A stretch of DNA of 64,000 nt from Thermoplasmata archaeon (GCA_046484045.1 JAWOBZ010000080.1:28630-92629); one strand, 5' to 3'; positions 49,181-59,418 are shown, counted from the first letter of the stretch. Numbers and translations: made by a program. Notes: a model not told the origin generated them from the sequence alone.

Positions 49181-50062
49181 ATGCTCGACTACTTGATGTC
49201 CAAGATAGTTTGGATAATCGCCGCAGTGGTGCTCACCGCCTCAGTCATCGGAGTCTACAACTGGCAGAGGCATTCCATGGAAGAGGTGGAGCTCGAAGAG
49301 AGGGCGAAGGGTATCTCGGAGATGGTGAACCGGATCTGCACTACGGACGGAGAGATCAAGCTGTTAGCGTCCAGCAACGAGAGCAGGGATCCAGATATCT
49401 ACTTGGAACCGTCGATAAACGGTCGGGTATATCAGCTGCAGTTCACACCCTCCGGTTTCTACTTAAAACAGGGTGACAAGATCATCTGGAGGGACTTCGT
49501 GGAGAACGTCCACATGATGAACCCTGCGTTGATAGGCGAAAACGATTACTCCCTGGTGAGCCAAGTCGACAGCATCGACCACGACCTGTCGATCTCGTCG
49601 GGTGAAAACTTCTACATCATGTCCAAGGGGTACAACGGGGTCTACGAAGTCTTCATCTACTCGGAAGATTCGGAAGGGGTCGTGGCTGAGACGAAAACGG
49701 TGGGCAGCGTCATAGCGGATTTCTTCCAAGTTAGGCCGTCCAAAGGTAATCTTAGCTACAACAAAACTGCCAACGACACCTTCAAGGGCGATATTACATT
49801 TCAAACGGACTGCCTTTTCCTCAACAACAATACGGAACTGCCGTGTCCCATACCGAAGGTACATCTGTGGAACGTGAGCTCTGAAAATATATCTGATATC
49901 AATATCACCCAGATGGACGAAGAGCACAGTAGATTACAAGTCCATAAGAACGAAAAGGTCCATCTGAAAAGACAGTTGTTATACATCGATGGAAATTTTA
50001 CAGCACATAGATTCATCTACACGGATCAAGCTTCTGTGATCTCTCCGGCGACCAGGTGGTAG
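49181..50062 (+). CDS. Membrane-anchored / pilin-like hypothetical protein
   Basis: N-terminal hydrophobic helix, then a helical segment and a beta-rich domain with NxS/T sites. Confidence 0.6.
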   Translation: MLDYLMSKIVWIIAAVVLTASVIGVYNWQRHSMEEVELEERAKGISEMVNRICTTDGEIKLLASSNESRDPDIYLEPSINGRVYQLQFTPSGFYLKQGDKIIWRDFVENVHMMNPALIGENDYSLVSQVDSIDHDLSISSGENFYIMSKGYNGVYEVFIYSEDSEGVVAETKTVGSVIADFFQVRPSKGNLSYNKTANDTFKGDITFQTDCLFLNNNTELPCPIPKVHLWNVSSENISDINITQMDEEHSRLQVHKNEKVHLKRQLLYIDGNFTAHRFIYTDQASVISPATRW

Positions 50063-53000
50063 TCCGGACCCTTGACTCCGAATTCCACCTTGGACCTACC
50101 CATGTCTTTGCCTATCAAGGACGCTATCGCCGGGACGTTGGCTGAGAAGAAACCGGTGTATTTACCCTTGCCTACTTCCACTCCAAGATACGTGTCGTCC
50201 AGTATCTCCATGGGAAATTCATTCGTTGAACAGGAGGGTTTTTTATCGACTATACTCATGATCAAGTTCTTGATAGCGGTAGCTATCCAGGTGACGAAAG
50301 ATGCGATGGATTCACCACCTGTCAAAGCGAAAGTGAGTGTCACTTGGACTTCGTTCACGGTGGCTTGGAAGAAGAGCACCAGTTCCTGCACCACTTCCTT
50401 TATGAACTCGATGACCTCTTCGATGAACTTCATAACCATGGTTTTGACGAAGTTGATGATGTAGTCCAAACTGAATTTTGTTTTGCCCATCTTATCAGCG
50501 GTGTCTCTGAACGCACTGTTCACCAATCCCACTAGAATATCCCCGAAGCTCTCGTTGACATCTAAGTAAACTATCTGAAAACCAAGGTCCACATCGCTCA
50601 CAACAACGGGACCGATGGGGAACCTCGCTTCGTTTATACCTGTGTATTCTCCCAGGGTCACTTCGGTTTCGTTTTTCGGTGTTTTTCTCTTTGGGATGGT
50701 CAGGTTGACGTAGGTGCCGTCCCCCTCCTTTCCATGCAGACCCTGGCACTGGAACCATGCGGGGTATATGCTCGGTGACTCGTGGAACGGGTCCGCCAAC
50801 GGGTCCACCTGCCAATCGATATCAGTCTTTCCCACCCGTATCTTGCCGAAAGCGATCACGTCGCTCTCGAGAACGTTGAGGTTCAATCTGTAAGAAGTTC
50901 CGAACAGCTCACCGCCCAGGCTTATGTTGACGTACCTCGTCACGTTGTTTTCATACTTTGGAATCGAGGTCTCGTATCCGTCCGCGGTGACGTTCACCAT
51001 ACTGGACAGCCCGGTTATGGACAGGATCTTGTCCAAACACTTCAGTTTACCCTTGTCTTTCAGCTTGTCCAGTAAACTTTTGGCCTTGGGTCTTAAAAGG
51101 TCATTGATCGTGCTGTTGATAACGTCACCCAGCTTCTGGACCAACTTGGTGGCGTACTCTTTCAGTTTGTCCACCAGTTTATCGAATAACTCCATGATCT
51201 TTTCGATACCGTCTATGAGGTACGAAAGTGGCTTCTTGATGTACTTCCAGACTTTGTTCAAAAAGTTCATCGCATCAGAAAAAACGTCGTCGGAGAGCTT
51301 GTACTTGACTCCCGCCAACTTCCAGCCTGAATAAACCGTCAGCTCCAAAGAGAAAGAGATGTTCTCGGTGTGGTTCATCCAGACGTACCTGGGTTCACCG
51401 TCCTCTATGAGCGTAGGATCGGCCCTGCTGACGTTGTAATCCACCTCTATCGGGTCTATCTGTATCTTCCAATCCGTGCTGAACGGTCTGCTGGATATCT
51501 TGTTTACTTTCGTGTAGTGGACCCCTTTGGGCTTGCTTATATCGATCCTGTTGTCCAGTGAGATATAATCCGGCGTACAGTCGAATCTGAGCTTGAGCTC
51601 CCGCTCCCCTTCACCGTGTGAGAAACCAGCGGTTGTATCCACGGGTAAACGGTACTCCAGGTTGCTCATCTGACCTCCCATTATCATCTGGGTAGTCGTC
51701 GTTTTTAAAAACGATGACGCAAGCTCGAAAAGGGAATCGGTCATACTGCCTCCCCCTATTATCGACCATACCTTTCTCTGAAACAGGTTGCCCTGGATGT
51801 GCTCACCGTTCTTACTGGTCTTGAACTCGACGTGTTCTGCCTTCTTCAGTGAATTACCGTATAGGTCTTCCACGTCCGTGATGTTGAACCAGTAGCGCTG
51901 GTCGGACTCGAATTCACCATGGTGTAGGGTGATCATGGTCCCGTCTGCGTTCATATCGTACTCCCAAGACCCATCGTATGGATGGCACGTGAACTCCAGA
52001 CTGCTCTCTTTTATGGGCTCACTGAAAACGATGTGAAGTGGTATATCGGAGAGATACCGCTCGTTACCGTCCTCTGGACAAACGGCGATAACCTCCGGCC
52101 TGGTTGATTCCTTGATCTTGAACACGAATGGATTCGATATCCCCTCTGATATCCTCAGGTCGCTGCCGTTCTCGTCCTCTCCCTTTATGAACACCTTGTA
52201 TTTTACGCCGATTTCGAACGTTTCATGCGATATGACGACTTCGTCATCACCCACCCACGCGAAAGAGATGTTGGTTGTGTGGGGCTGTACGGACAGGTTG
52301 AAAGTGGTTTTGTTGATGGGTTTGCTGAACCTCACCCTTATGTTCTCGTTCTTGGAGATGTTCTCCGAACCGTTTACTGGGTAAGTGTAGGTGATCTCTG
52401 GAAGGTCTATCGACTTGGTCCTGTAATCCGCTGAGAAGAGAGTAGTACCGGTCCCTTCAGCTGTGACCGCGGCGCCGTCGTATCTGCTCTGCAGAGCGGA
52501 CAGATCGAACTCCAGGTCGATGTCGGCGCCGGGCGGGAAGGGTTCATGGTCCAGAACGAGTCGTTTACCGTTCTTTTCGAAACTATACTGCCAGGTGAGG
52601 TTGGAATCGATGAGATCTTGGATGCCGGTTGAAAATTCCACCCTCTCGTCGAAGGTCATGATTATCGAGCTCTCGACAGTTATCTCGCTGCCCGAGGACG
52701 GGTAGATACCGGTGACCTGTGGATACATCATGGTGGTCCAGGTGATGTCCTGGGGCTGCATCAAAGATGAATTCGTCCCGTTGTCCACGTCCTTAACACC
52801 ATCTATGGTCAGCTCGTATTCAGTGTAACGGAAGTAGAATTCAGATGGTGTCAATACCGCCCGGGTATCGTTATCATGCCAATTGACCGTGAAATCGACG
52901 TTTGGTGAGATAGAGTATGCCAAAGATTTCGTGTCCACTTTCTCGCTGAAGGTGACGGTGATCTCCTGGTCGGTGTTCCAGCTGTTGTTGCTGCTGGGTA

Positions 53001-55956
53001 AGATGTCCAGCACCCTCGGTCTGTTATCGACGAGCACCTGCACCGTGGTGTTATCGTGTCCCCCGCAGTCGTCCCAAACATCCAGAGTTACGTTGTAGGT
53101 ATCGGGTGTCATGAAAGTGTGGTTCACGTTCTTTCCCGTCTCATTTGTCCCGTCACCGAAGGTCCAGATACTTTGGATAACGCTGCCGTCGGGGTCGGTG
53201 CTGTCGCTATGAAAAGCCATCATCTCTGTTTCGGATGCAGGTGATGGTGAAACGCTCCCTATCTCTGCTTTCGGTGGTAGATTTACGAATATCTCTACAC
53301 TGTCCGAGTGAGTGAATCCGTCTTCGTCCACGACCTCGAATGTGATGACGTGCGTGCCGGGTGAGAGAAAACCGGCCGACATGTTGAAGTCCTCTTTGTT
53401 GGATAGATGACCGTCGATGTTCGATATCCACGATACCATGGAGGCGTTCACCCCGGTGAGATCGCCTTGGAATGATATCACGTGCTGTCCCCTGGTGGCT
53501 GGGTCCGGTGTGATATCCTCGATGTAGACCGTGCTTCGACTCCTGGTTTCAGTTCTTTTATGAGCTTGATAGTTCTTCACGGACGTGTTATACTGGTAGG
53601 AATCCAGTGCTTGGATGATCAGACCGTCGGAATCCGAGTGCTGGCTGTCTTCGTTCACCTCGCTGATCTCCCGGTCCCTTATATCATCGAATGCGGCCTC
53701 GACCTCTGGTTTTAGCTCCTTTTGGAGATCTTCTATTTTGGGACCTGAGAGTGTGCCTCCCTTCTGCAAGATATCGGCTATCTGCTGTTTATCTAACTCG
53801 CCGTCTCTTTTCCAGACGTAGTCGCACTCCGTGTTCGCCTTTCCTACCTTCACTTCAGAACTAGTTACGTCGTACTCCAGGTATGGATTAGTGTGACAAG
53901 ACAATTCTTCGGCGGTCCTTTGAGCCGTTGAATCAATCACATCCTTCTTTTGTGACAGAGAACCGTATTTTTTCTTTAAAAATTTCTTTAGGTCGTTGAT
54001 GCGTGGATCTCCCTCTTCATCGTGGAGAACGTCCAAGACGGCATCGACGATCTTCCCCGGATTATCCTGGTAGTAATCCATGGTTTCATCGATGGAGCTG
54101 GAGACCGCATCGTTGAGTTCTTTGAACAGCGATCTTCTATCGTAGGGATCGAGTTCCAACTTGGTGTATTTAGTCAATATCTCCTCCAATCCCGGGTCCT
54201 CCAGTACCGATTCGATGAACTTGGAGATCACCTCTTTTACCGCACCCCTGATGTTCTCCGCTTTCTTCTTGCTCTCCTTTTTGTAGTGGTCGTCGTAGAA
54301 CTCCTGCCAGTGCTTGTCGTTGTCCTCCAAGAGGTCTCTAGGGGTGAACATCAACTTTCCTTCGTCGATGGTGACTTTGACCTCTTTCTCTATGAAATCG
54401 TATCCGTAGAGCACTTCTGCGCCTCCACAGCGGCCGTAAACCGGTTCTCCGTCATCCTCACCCTTGACAACGGACTCGTTGCACGTGTGTCCGTGTTCCC
54501 TGTGAACCGTGCCGTGACCGCAGTCGTACGTGTACCATCTGTGCTCCGGGGATTTCAGCCTGATCCTGATCTTTAGGGTGTATACCTCTTTGAAATTCGG
54601 CGGTAGATTCGGGTATCCAGATATCGTTTTTCCGTTCATCTCGTCGTACACGTAATAATTCGATTTGAGCGTGTTGGTGTTCATAAGACCGGCGGAGATG
54701 AAATTCTTGGCCACCCAGTTCTTGACGGTTTCCACCTGTTCCGGATTAATTTCATCCTCCTCCCCAGATAAGAAATGAGAGAATATGTCCTCCGACCCCT
54801 CTTTCATGTCTTCGTAGATGTCGACGAGCGCCTGATATGCCTTGAACCCAATGTTTGCCACCTCCATATAGTGGAAGTAATCTAGGTACTTGAAAACGAA
54901 CTGATCCGACAGTGCGTTTATAGCTTGGGAGATCACCGCCGTTAAGTTGATGTCAGTCGAGTCCTCGCGCTCTACGATCTCTCCATCGTATCCGTAACCG
55001 TAGTACAGAGATACGATATCACCAGGATCGATACGGCCTCTCTGGATGTATTCGTCCACCAGTTCCCGTATAGTGCATGCGGCTTTGGTGGTTCGATTGG
55101 ATATCTCTCGGACGGATCCATCGTCGAAGGTCCTGTACTGGTAAGCTGTCTCTAAAAGGAAGGCCATGTTAACAGCCAGCTCGACGTCTTTCTTCGTGAT
55201 TATCTCGCTTGTGGCTTTGCAGGACGAGTTATCGATGTTCTCGTACTTTCTCATCCCGTAGCCCATCAACGTCCTGTACTGCGCTAGAGTGGTGATGATG
55301 TAGTCCGTGATCCTGGCCACGTGGCTTTGTTCTCCGGAGAGCTGTGAGTTAAAGGATGAGCACTTCTTTTTCAGGAACGGATACGGCACGTCCACGTCGA
55401 TGGTGAAATCTTTTTCTTTGTCCATGGAGAGGCCTTTGGGATTCTTAACTCTTAGAGAGATCGACCCCTCAACCTTGTACGCGTAGGTCTCGTTGTTCTT
55501 GTCTAACTCACCCGGTTGGTCGTTGGATACCCTGTCGTATCCTCCCCTGTCCTGGACCGTTTTGTTTATGGAGTCCGTCTCTTCGAATTTGATGTCCATG
55601 GAGAGGCTGTGGTTCAATATCTTTACAATGGCTCCCGGGACTTTTTTTTCCTCGTACTCATCCATAAAGTCTTCCGTCCGATTCTGGAATACTGTTGAAA
55701 CTGACATGTCCTTCCTGTTGGCTTTGTATGCACTCCTGACGGCCAATAGTTTGATCCTGGACTTCAGTGCATCGAGTTCGTTGTCCGCTCTCTCCTCGAG
55801 CTCGGATATCTCGTCGGCCCTGAGCTCGTTCTCGTAGCTGATCATCTGTATCCTAGATAGGTAAGCTACCGCTAGAACCGACAGTAATACAATTAGCACT
55901 CCTAAAAGGGCGAAGGATACGGTACCAACGTCTTTTCGGTCACTTCTAAAGATCAT
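50026..55956 (-). CDS. Giant (1976 aa) surface protein with pilin-like N-terminus, PKD and Ig-like repeats
   Basis: RKDVG then a hydrophobic helix; PKD motif DPDG..WTFGDG..YNVTL; four PxVxxxxP..IxxxFSE repeats. Confidence 0.8.
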   Translation of the reverse strand: MIFRSDRKDVGTVSFALLGVLIVLLSVLAVAYLSRIQMISYENELRADEISELEERADNELDALKSRIKLLAVRSAYKANRKDMSVSTVFQNRTEDFMDEYEEKKVPGAIVKILNHSLSMDIKFEETDSINKTVQDRGGYDRVSNDQPGELDKNNETYAYKVEGSISLRVKNPKGLSMDKEKDFTIDVDVPYPFLKKKCSSFNSQLSGEQSHVARITDYIITTLAQYRTLMGYGMRKYENIDNSSCKATSEIITKKDVELAVNMAFLLETAYQYRTFDDGSVREISNRTTKAACTIRELVDEYIQRGRIDPGDIVSLYYGYGYDGEIVEREDSTDINLTAVISQAINALSDQFVFKYLDYFHYMEVANIGFKAYQALVDIYEDMKEGSEDIFSHFLSGEEDEINPEQVETVKNWVAKNFISAGLMNTNTLKSNYYVYDEMNGKTISGYPNLPPNFKEVYTLKIRIRLKSPEHRWYTYDCGHGTVHREHGHTCNESVVKGEDDGEPVYGRCGGAEVLYGYDFIEKEVKVTIDEGKLMFTPRDLLEDNDKHWQEFYDDHYKKESKKKAENIRGAVKEVISKFIESVLEDPGLEEILTKYTKLELDPYDRRSLFKELNDAVSSSIDETMDYYQDNPGKIVDAVLDVLHDEEGDPRINDLKKFLKKKYGSLSQKKDVIDSTAQRTAEELSCHTNPYLEYDVTSSEVKVGKANTECDYVWKRDGELDKQQIADILQKGGTLSGPKIEDLQKELKPEVEAAFDDIRDREISEVNEDSQHSDSDGLIIQALDSYQYNTSVKNYQAHKRTETRSRSTVYIEDITPDPATRGQHVISFQGDLTGVNASMVSWISNIDGHLSNKEDFNMSAGFLSPGTHVITFEVVDEDGFTHSDSVEIFVNLPPKAEIGSVSPSPASETEMMAFHSDSTDPDGSVIQSIWTFGDGTNETGKNVNHTFMTPDTYNVTLDVWDDCGGHDNTTVQVLVDNRPRVLDILPSSNNSWNTDQEITVTFSEKVDTKSLAYSISPNVDFTVNWHDNDTRAVLTPSEFYFRYTEYELTIDGVKDVDNGTNSSLMQPQDITWTTMMYPQVTGIYPSSGSEITVESSIIMTFDERVEFSTGIQDLIDSNLTWQYSFEKNGKRLVLDHEPFPPGADIDLEFDLSALQSRYDGAAVTAEGTGTTLFSADYRTKSIDLPEITYTYPVNGSENISKNENIRVRFSKPINKTTFNLSVQPHTTNISFAWVGDDEVVISHETFEIGVKYKVFIKGEDENGSDLRISEGISNPFVFKIKESTRPEVIAVCPEDGNERYLSDIPLHIVFSEPIKESSLEFTCHPYDGSWEYDMNADGTMITLHHGEFESDQRYWFNITDVEDLYGNSLKKAEHVEFKTSKNGEHIQGNLFQRKVWSIIGGGSMTDSLFELASSFLKTTTTQMIMGGQMSNLEYRLPVDTTAGFSHGEGERELKLRFDCTPDYISLDNRIDISKPKGVHYTKVNKISSRPFSTDWKIQIDPIEVDYNVSRADPTLIEDGEPRYVWMNHTENISFSLELTVYSGWKLAGVKYKLSDDVFSDAMNFLNKVWKYIKKPLSYLIDGIEKIMELFDKLVDKLKEYATKLVQKLGDVINSTINDLLRPKAKSLLDKLKDKGKLKCLDKILSITGLSSMVNVTADGYETSIPKYENNVTRYVNISLGGELFGTSYRLNLNVLESDVIAFGKIRVGKTDIDWQVDPLADPFHESPSIYPAWFQCQGLHGKEGDGTYVNLTIPKRKTPKNETEVTLGEYTGINEARFPIGPVVVSDVDLGFQIVYLDVNESFGDILVGLVNSAFRDTADKMGKTKFSLDYIINFVKTMVMKFIEEVIEFIKEVVQELVLFFQATVNEVQVTLTFALTGGESIASFVTWIATAIKNLIMSIVDKKPSCSTNEFPMEILDDTYLGVEVGKGKYTGFFSANVPAIASLIGKDMGRSKVEFGVKGPDYHLVAGEITEA

Positions 55957-56017
55957 TCTCCAAGGAGTCCGAATTACGAATGGTATAAACTTTTTTCGAC
56001 CGTCCTGTTCTCTCGAT

Positions 56018-56224
56018 CTATTCGAGTTCGAATTTACTCTCTAGCTTCCTTTTGTTGATAATATCCTTAAAATCGGTGGTTTCGAACTCGGGGAATTCCT
56101 CGAACTCCTGTACATACATCTTCTTTGCCAGCTCTCTGATAACGGGGTTATCGCTGAAGGCAATAGCCAGCTTCAATTTGTTCCTGGTCAGGCATCTATC
56201 CTCTTCGCTCATATGTCCCACCAC
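56018..56224 (-). CDS. Small hypothetical protein
   Basis: ORF with GGTGG RBS-like site; likely start MSEED. Confidence 0.5.
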   Translation of the reverse strand: MVGHMSEEDRCLTRNKLKLAIAFSDNPVIRELAKKMYVQEFEEFPEFETTDFKDIINKRKLESKFELE

Positions 56225-56357
56225 CTGTCAGTCGTATGACAAGTGCATCCATAATAGATATTGATTAAGTTATATTTATAATTTTATTATATTATATATT
56301 GGACTACGTAGTGAGATAGAAAAATTCGGATGAAGTGGCGGTTAGTCCTCAGCGGAG

Positions 56358-56531
56358 TCAGTAGAAGGCCTTTTCAACTTCCATCTGTATGTCTTCGTAG
56401 ATGGTCTCCATCAAGTACTCCAGGTCATCGCCTTCGAACTCGAAATACCTTCCCATGGCACTCTGCACTTTGGCCCTGTATCCACTACCGTTTTCGACTA
56501 TTTCGATTGAACAGACTGCTTCTTCCACCAT
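56358..56531 (-). CDS. 57-aa acidic hypothetical protein (not in ORF track)
   Basis: MVEEAVCSIEIVENGSGYRAKVQSAMGRYFEFEGDDLEYLMETIYEDIQMEVEKAFY; TTTATA box upstream. Confidence 0.6.
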   Translation of the reverse strand: MVEEAVCSIEIVENGSGYRAKVQSAMGRYFEFEGDDLEYLMETIYEDIQMEVEKAFY

Positions 56532-56611
56532 TAATTAGGCGCACCCGGGTGTGGTATAAATATTTTTGGTTTGGATAAAACGATATATATGGGAAAATCC
56601 ATAGGGTATGC

Positions 56612-56670
56612 AAGTGATGACAAACCCCTAGCTGAGCGATAAGCTGTGATGAAGATTTTGAGTTCTGAAA
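56612..56670 (+). ncRNA. Box C/D 2'-O-methylation guide sRNA
   Basis: C GTGATGA 56614-20; guide CAAACCCCTAG; D' CTGA 56632-35; C' GTGATGA 56646-52; guide AGATTTTGAGTT; D CTGA 56665-68; TATATA box at about 56584. Confidence 0.88.
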
Positions 56671-56671
56671 A

Positions 56672-56872
56672 TCAGGGTTCTATGGTCTCGTATTCGTCGA
56701 TGGAATAAGGCTGCAGCACCAGGAGTGCGAATCCCATCCAACCGATGACAAAGATGGATAGAAATATATTGTCGATCCAGAACATGTGGTTGATAATAAC
56801 GACTAGGACCGGGATGATCACCGATATCAGCATGTAGAACAATATCTTCAAGTCAGATCTCTGTTCTGCCAT
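56672..56872 (-). CDS. Small 2-TM membrane protein
   Basis: Two hydrophobic helices; likely start MAEQ. Confidence 0.6.
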   Translation of the reverse strand: MAEQRSDLKILFYMLISVIIPVLVVIINHMFWIDNIFLSIFVIGWMGFALLVLQPYSIDEYETIEP

Positions 56873-56913
56873 CGGAGAATGAAATATAGGGGTCAATAAA
56901 AACTTTTTGGGAG

Positions 56914-57213
56914 TTATTTTCTTGCCGTGAGTATCAGTCTTTTGGCGTTTTCGTCGTATGGAGAGCCGTGGAGGTCGCCGTAAGCCTGGATGCCTACGAA
57001 GCCTGCTTTTTCAAGCATCTCTTCGAGCTCGTGTGCGGAATACAGCCTGTGGTCTATGGCGAATTCGTTGACTTCTCCTTGATCTATGGTTATCCATCGG
57101 TTGGACATGCGGCTCCAGTCGTCGGTGACGCTTCTCTCTTCAAGGTAGTATACACCGTCTTTCTGGTACCAGTCCCTCTTCTGGAAGATCCTGGCGATGA
57201 TCTCTTTTCCCAT
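56914..57213 (-). pseudogene. C-terminal fragment of a class I SAM-dependent methyltransferase
   Basis: RLYSAHELEEMLEKAGF..YGDLHGSPY..AKRLILTARK; the SAM-binding half is absent and an in-frame stop lies 9 codons upstream. Confidence 0.6.
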
Positions 57214-57261
57214 AATAATGCTGATGGTTTCATACCTTTAGGATGTCGATATCCGGGTCCG

Positions 57262-57906
57262 TCATCCACATCCCTCTTCGTAAAAAAACGGGAACATGTC
57301 TTTCCTCAGTTTCGCCATCCTCCCGTCGGGGTGGGTGAACACTACGCCCTCTACGTAGCCCTTCTCTTTTGCTGTGTCGTACTTCATGTTGTGTGTTTTA
57401 GCGTAGAACAACGGAATGAGATCTTCCTTGAACCATTTGGAGATGGATTCGTAGGTCTTGGGGTATTTACCCCATGAGTGGTAAACGAGTTTTTCTCGAC
57501 TGTAGGTCGAGAACGGGATCCACAACCGCTGGTCTAGGTCGTATTTATTTTCCCTCCATTTAGGACTGGGGCCCACCAGTTCACCGAAATGCTGCCCGTC
57601 TTCTAGGTCATCCATGTATCCCTTGGAGTAGGAGTTGATCAGTCCTTTCATTATGAACGCCCCCTGCTTGCTGAAGAACGGGATCCTGTTCATCCTGTTC
57701 CAAACCTCGACGATCTCTCCATCTTCGATAATTATCGATACGTTGGTGCCGTCGAGCTTTTCGACCGCCATGACGGAGTCGTCCTGGAAGACCCATTCGT
57801 AGCCTTCGTTTATCTCGTCGATGACGACATAGTTGTCGTTCTCGTCATGTTCCCGGACAAATGGGCTGTGGAGCTTCGGCATGTTCTGAGCTTTGTACTC
57901 GGTCAT
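57262..57906 (-). CDS. Minimal ATP-dependent RNA-ligase-like nucleotidyltransferase
   Basis: Motif I EKLDGTN, NR, motif III FGEL, motif IV EGVV, motif V AKLR; no OB or C-terminal domain. Confidence 0.75.
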   Translation of the reverse strand: MTEYKAQNMPKLHSPFVREHDENDNYVVIDEINEGYEWVFQDDSVMAVEKLDGTNVSIIIEDGEIVEVWNRMNRIPFFSKQGAFIMKGLINSYSKGYMDDLEDGQHFGELVGPSPKWRENKYDLDQRLWIPFSTYSREKLVYHSWGKYPKTYESISKWFKEDLIPLFYAKTHNMKYDTAKEKGYVEGVVFTHPDGRMAKLRKDMFPFFYEEGCG

Positions 57907-58053
57907 CTGTTATCACCGTAGTTTTTGTATTATAGAGCTGATTTTTAAGGCTTTTCGAGGGGGGCGGGTGAATGTGGGGGTTGGGTGAGATTGGGGGTAA
58001 GAGGTATAGTTGATGGGGGTAAAATTCTTGATAAAGTGGGTTATCTATAATCA

Positions 58054-59007
58054 TTATCGAGGCAAGTTCGTTAAACCTTCAAAAGACTCTACATAAACCT
58101 CGTGTATCTTTTCTGCGGCATTTTCTATCTGCACCATCTCTTTATCCGGCAGAGAGATCGCATCTCCTATCATTTTCCCTACGACCCTAGGGGTGCTCAC
58201 CATGACTTCTTCCTTAATATTCAAACCCTGGTATGGTGCTGCCACGGGGAGTATCTTATTTTCATTTAAAGCAATAGAACGTAGTATATCTCTAAAGGAA
58301 ACTGCCGGCCCCATCCTTGTTCCTCCACTGGTCTTGATAATTTGTCGGGATATCTCCTTTACATGCTCTTGGATTTGTTCTATATCCAAGGATCCGTTCG
58401 TTTCTCTCAGATATCGTTCCAAAGGCATCCCGTGTATTTCAACGGTCGACCACAGGAACACGGCGTCCTTTCCGTGCTCTCCGCCTACGAAACCTTTTAT
58501 GGATGTTATGGGGACGTCGAGTCTTTTTGAGAGCTCCGCTCTGAAGCGAAGGCTTTCAAGGTTCGTACCCGTGCTGATCACCCAGTCTGCGTTGGATAGT
58601 TTCTTAAAGAGGGTCGCCATGGCGTCCACCGGGTTGGTAACCACGACATAGTACGCATCTGGGTTCGTGGGACCTACGGCTTCCGCGATGTCTTTTATTA
58701 TCCTGGCGTTGGCTTCTGTTAGATCCGTTCTATCCTTCATGTCCTTGGTCCTCGGTGCACCGGCCGTTATCAGGACTATATCCGCTCCTTCTACTGAATC
58801 ATCTTCATCGTATGATACAACATCAATGTCGTTTTCTGTGCTTCCTAGAGAGTGTCTCACCTCTTCTGCTATCGATCCCGCGAGTTCAGGCTTCGTATCC
58901 ACTAAGGTCAATCTGTCTATCCATCTCTCGTGTGCCAGCAGGAGAAGGGTGGCCCTACCGACTCGACCCGTTCCGACGACCGCCACGTGTTTTCCAGAGT
59001 CGATCAT
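58054..59007 (-). CDS. mdh: Malate/lactate dehydrogenase family protein
   Basis: GTGRVG, TAGAPR..DR, VTNPVD, LESLR, GEHG. Confidence 0.85.
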   Translation of the reverse strand: MIDSGKHVAVVGTGRVGRATLLLLAHERWIDRLTLVDTKPELAGSIAEEVRHSLGSTENDIDVVSYDEDDSVEGADIVLITAGAPRTKDMKDRTDLTEANARIIKDIAEAVGPTNPDAYYVVVTNPVDAMATLFKKLSNADWVISTGTNLESLRFRAELSKRLDVPITSIKGFVGGEHGKDAVFLWSTVEIHGMPLERYLRETNGSLDIEQIQEHVKEISRQIIKTSGGTRMGPAVSFRDILRSIALNENKILPVAAPYQGLNIKEEVMVSTPRVVGKMIGDAISLPDKEMVQIENAAEKIHEVYVESFEGLTNLPR

Positions 59008-59046
59008 GAGTTGACAAAAGATATTCTCGTATAAGTTGATTTGGTC

Positions 59047-59418
59047 TTAAGCTAATCTGTCTGCGCCCTGGTAGACTTCTTTTACGGTGAGTACTGCGGC
59101 TGCATGGCCCGGGAACCTGGGTTCCAACCATCCCCTCATCTCCTCGTAGACCTCTCCTTCCGTGTGGTAGGAGATGGTCCCTTTGATCTGGAAGGATTCG
59201 TGGTCGTCGGTGATGAACAGTATCGAGCCGTGGCTTCCGTTCTCTATGTTCGTTCTTGTTTTATCGAAGTAGTTGTCGGCGATGACGAACTGCTCTTCGT
59301 TCCGTTTTTTGATGCAGCTCACGTAGATCGCATTGGGTTCTCCGTTCCTGTTGACTGTTGCGAATACTGCTGGCCCTTCTCTTTTTTCCCATCTAACTTC
59401 TTCTGGTAAGGCTGTCAT
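59047..59418 (-). CDS. Pyridoxamine 5'-phosphate oxidase-like FMN-binding protein
   Basis: FATVNRNGEPN, IADNYFDKTRTNI, SFQIKG. Confidence 0.85.
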   Translation of the reverse strand: MTALPEEVRWEKREGPAVFATVNRNGEPNAIYVSCIKKRNEEQFVIADNYFDKTRTNIENGSHGSILFITDDHESFQIKGTISYHTEGEVYEEMRGWLEPRFPGHAAAVLTVKEVYQGADRLA

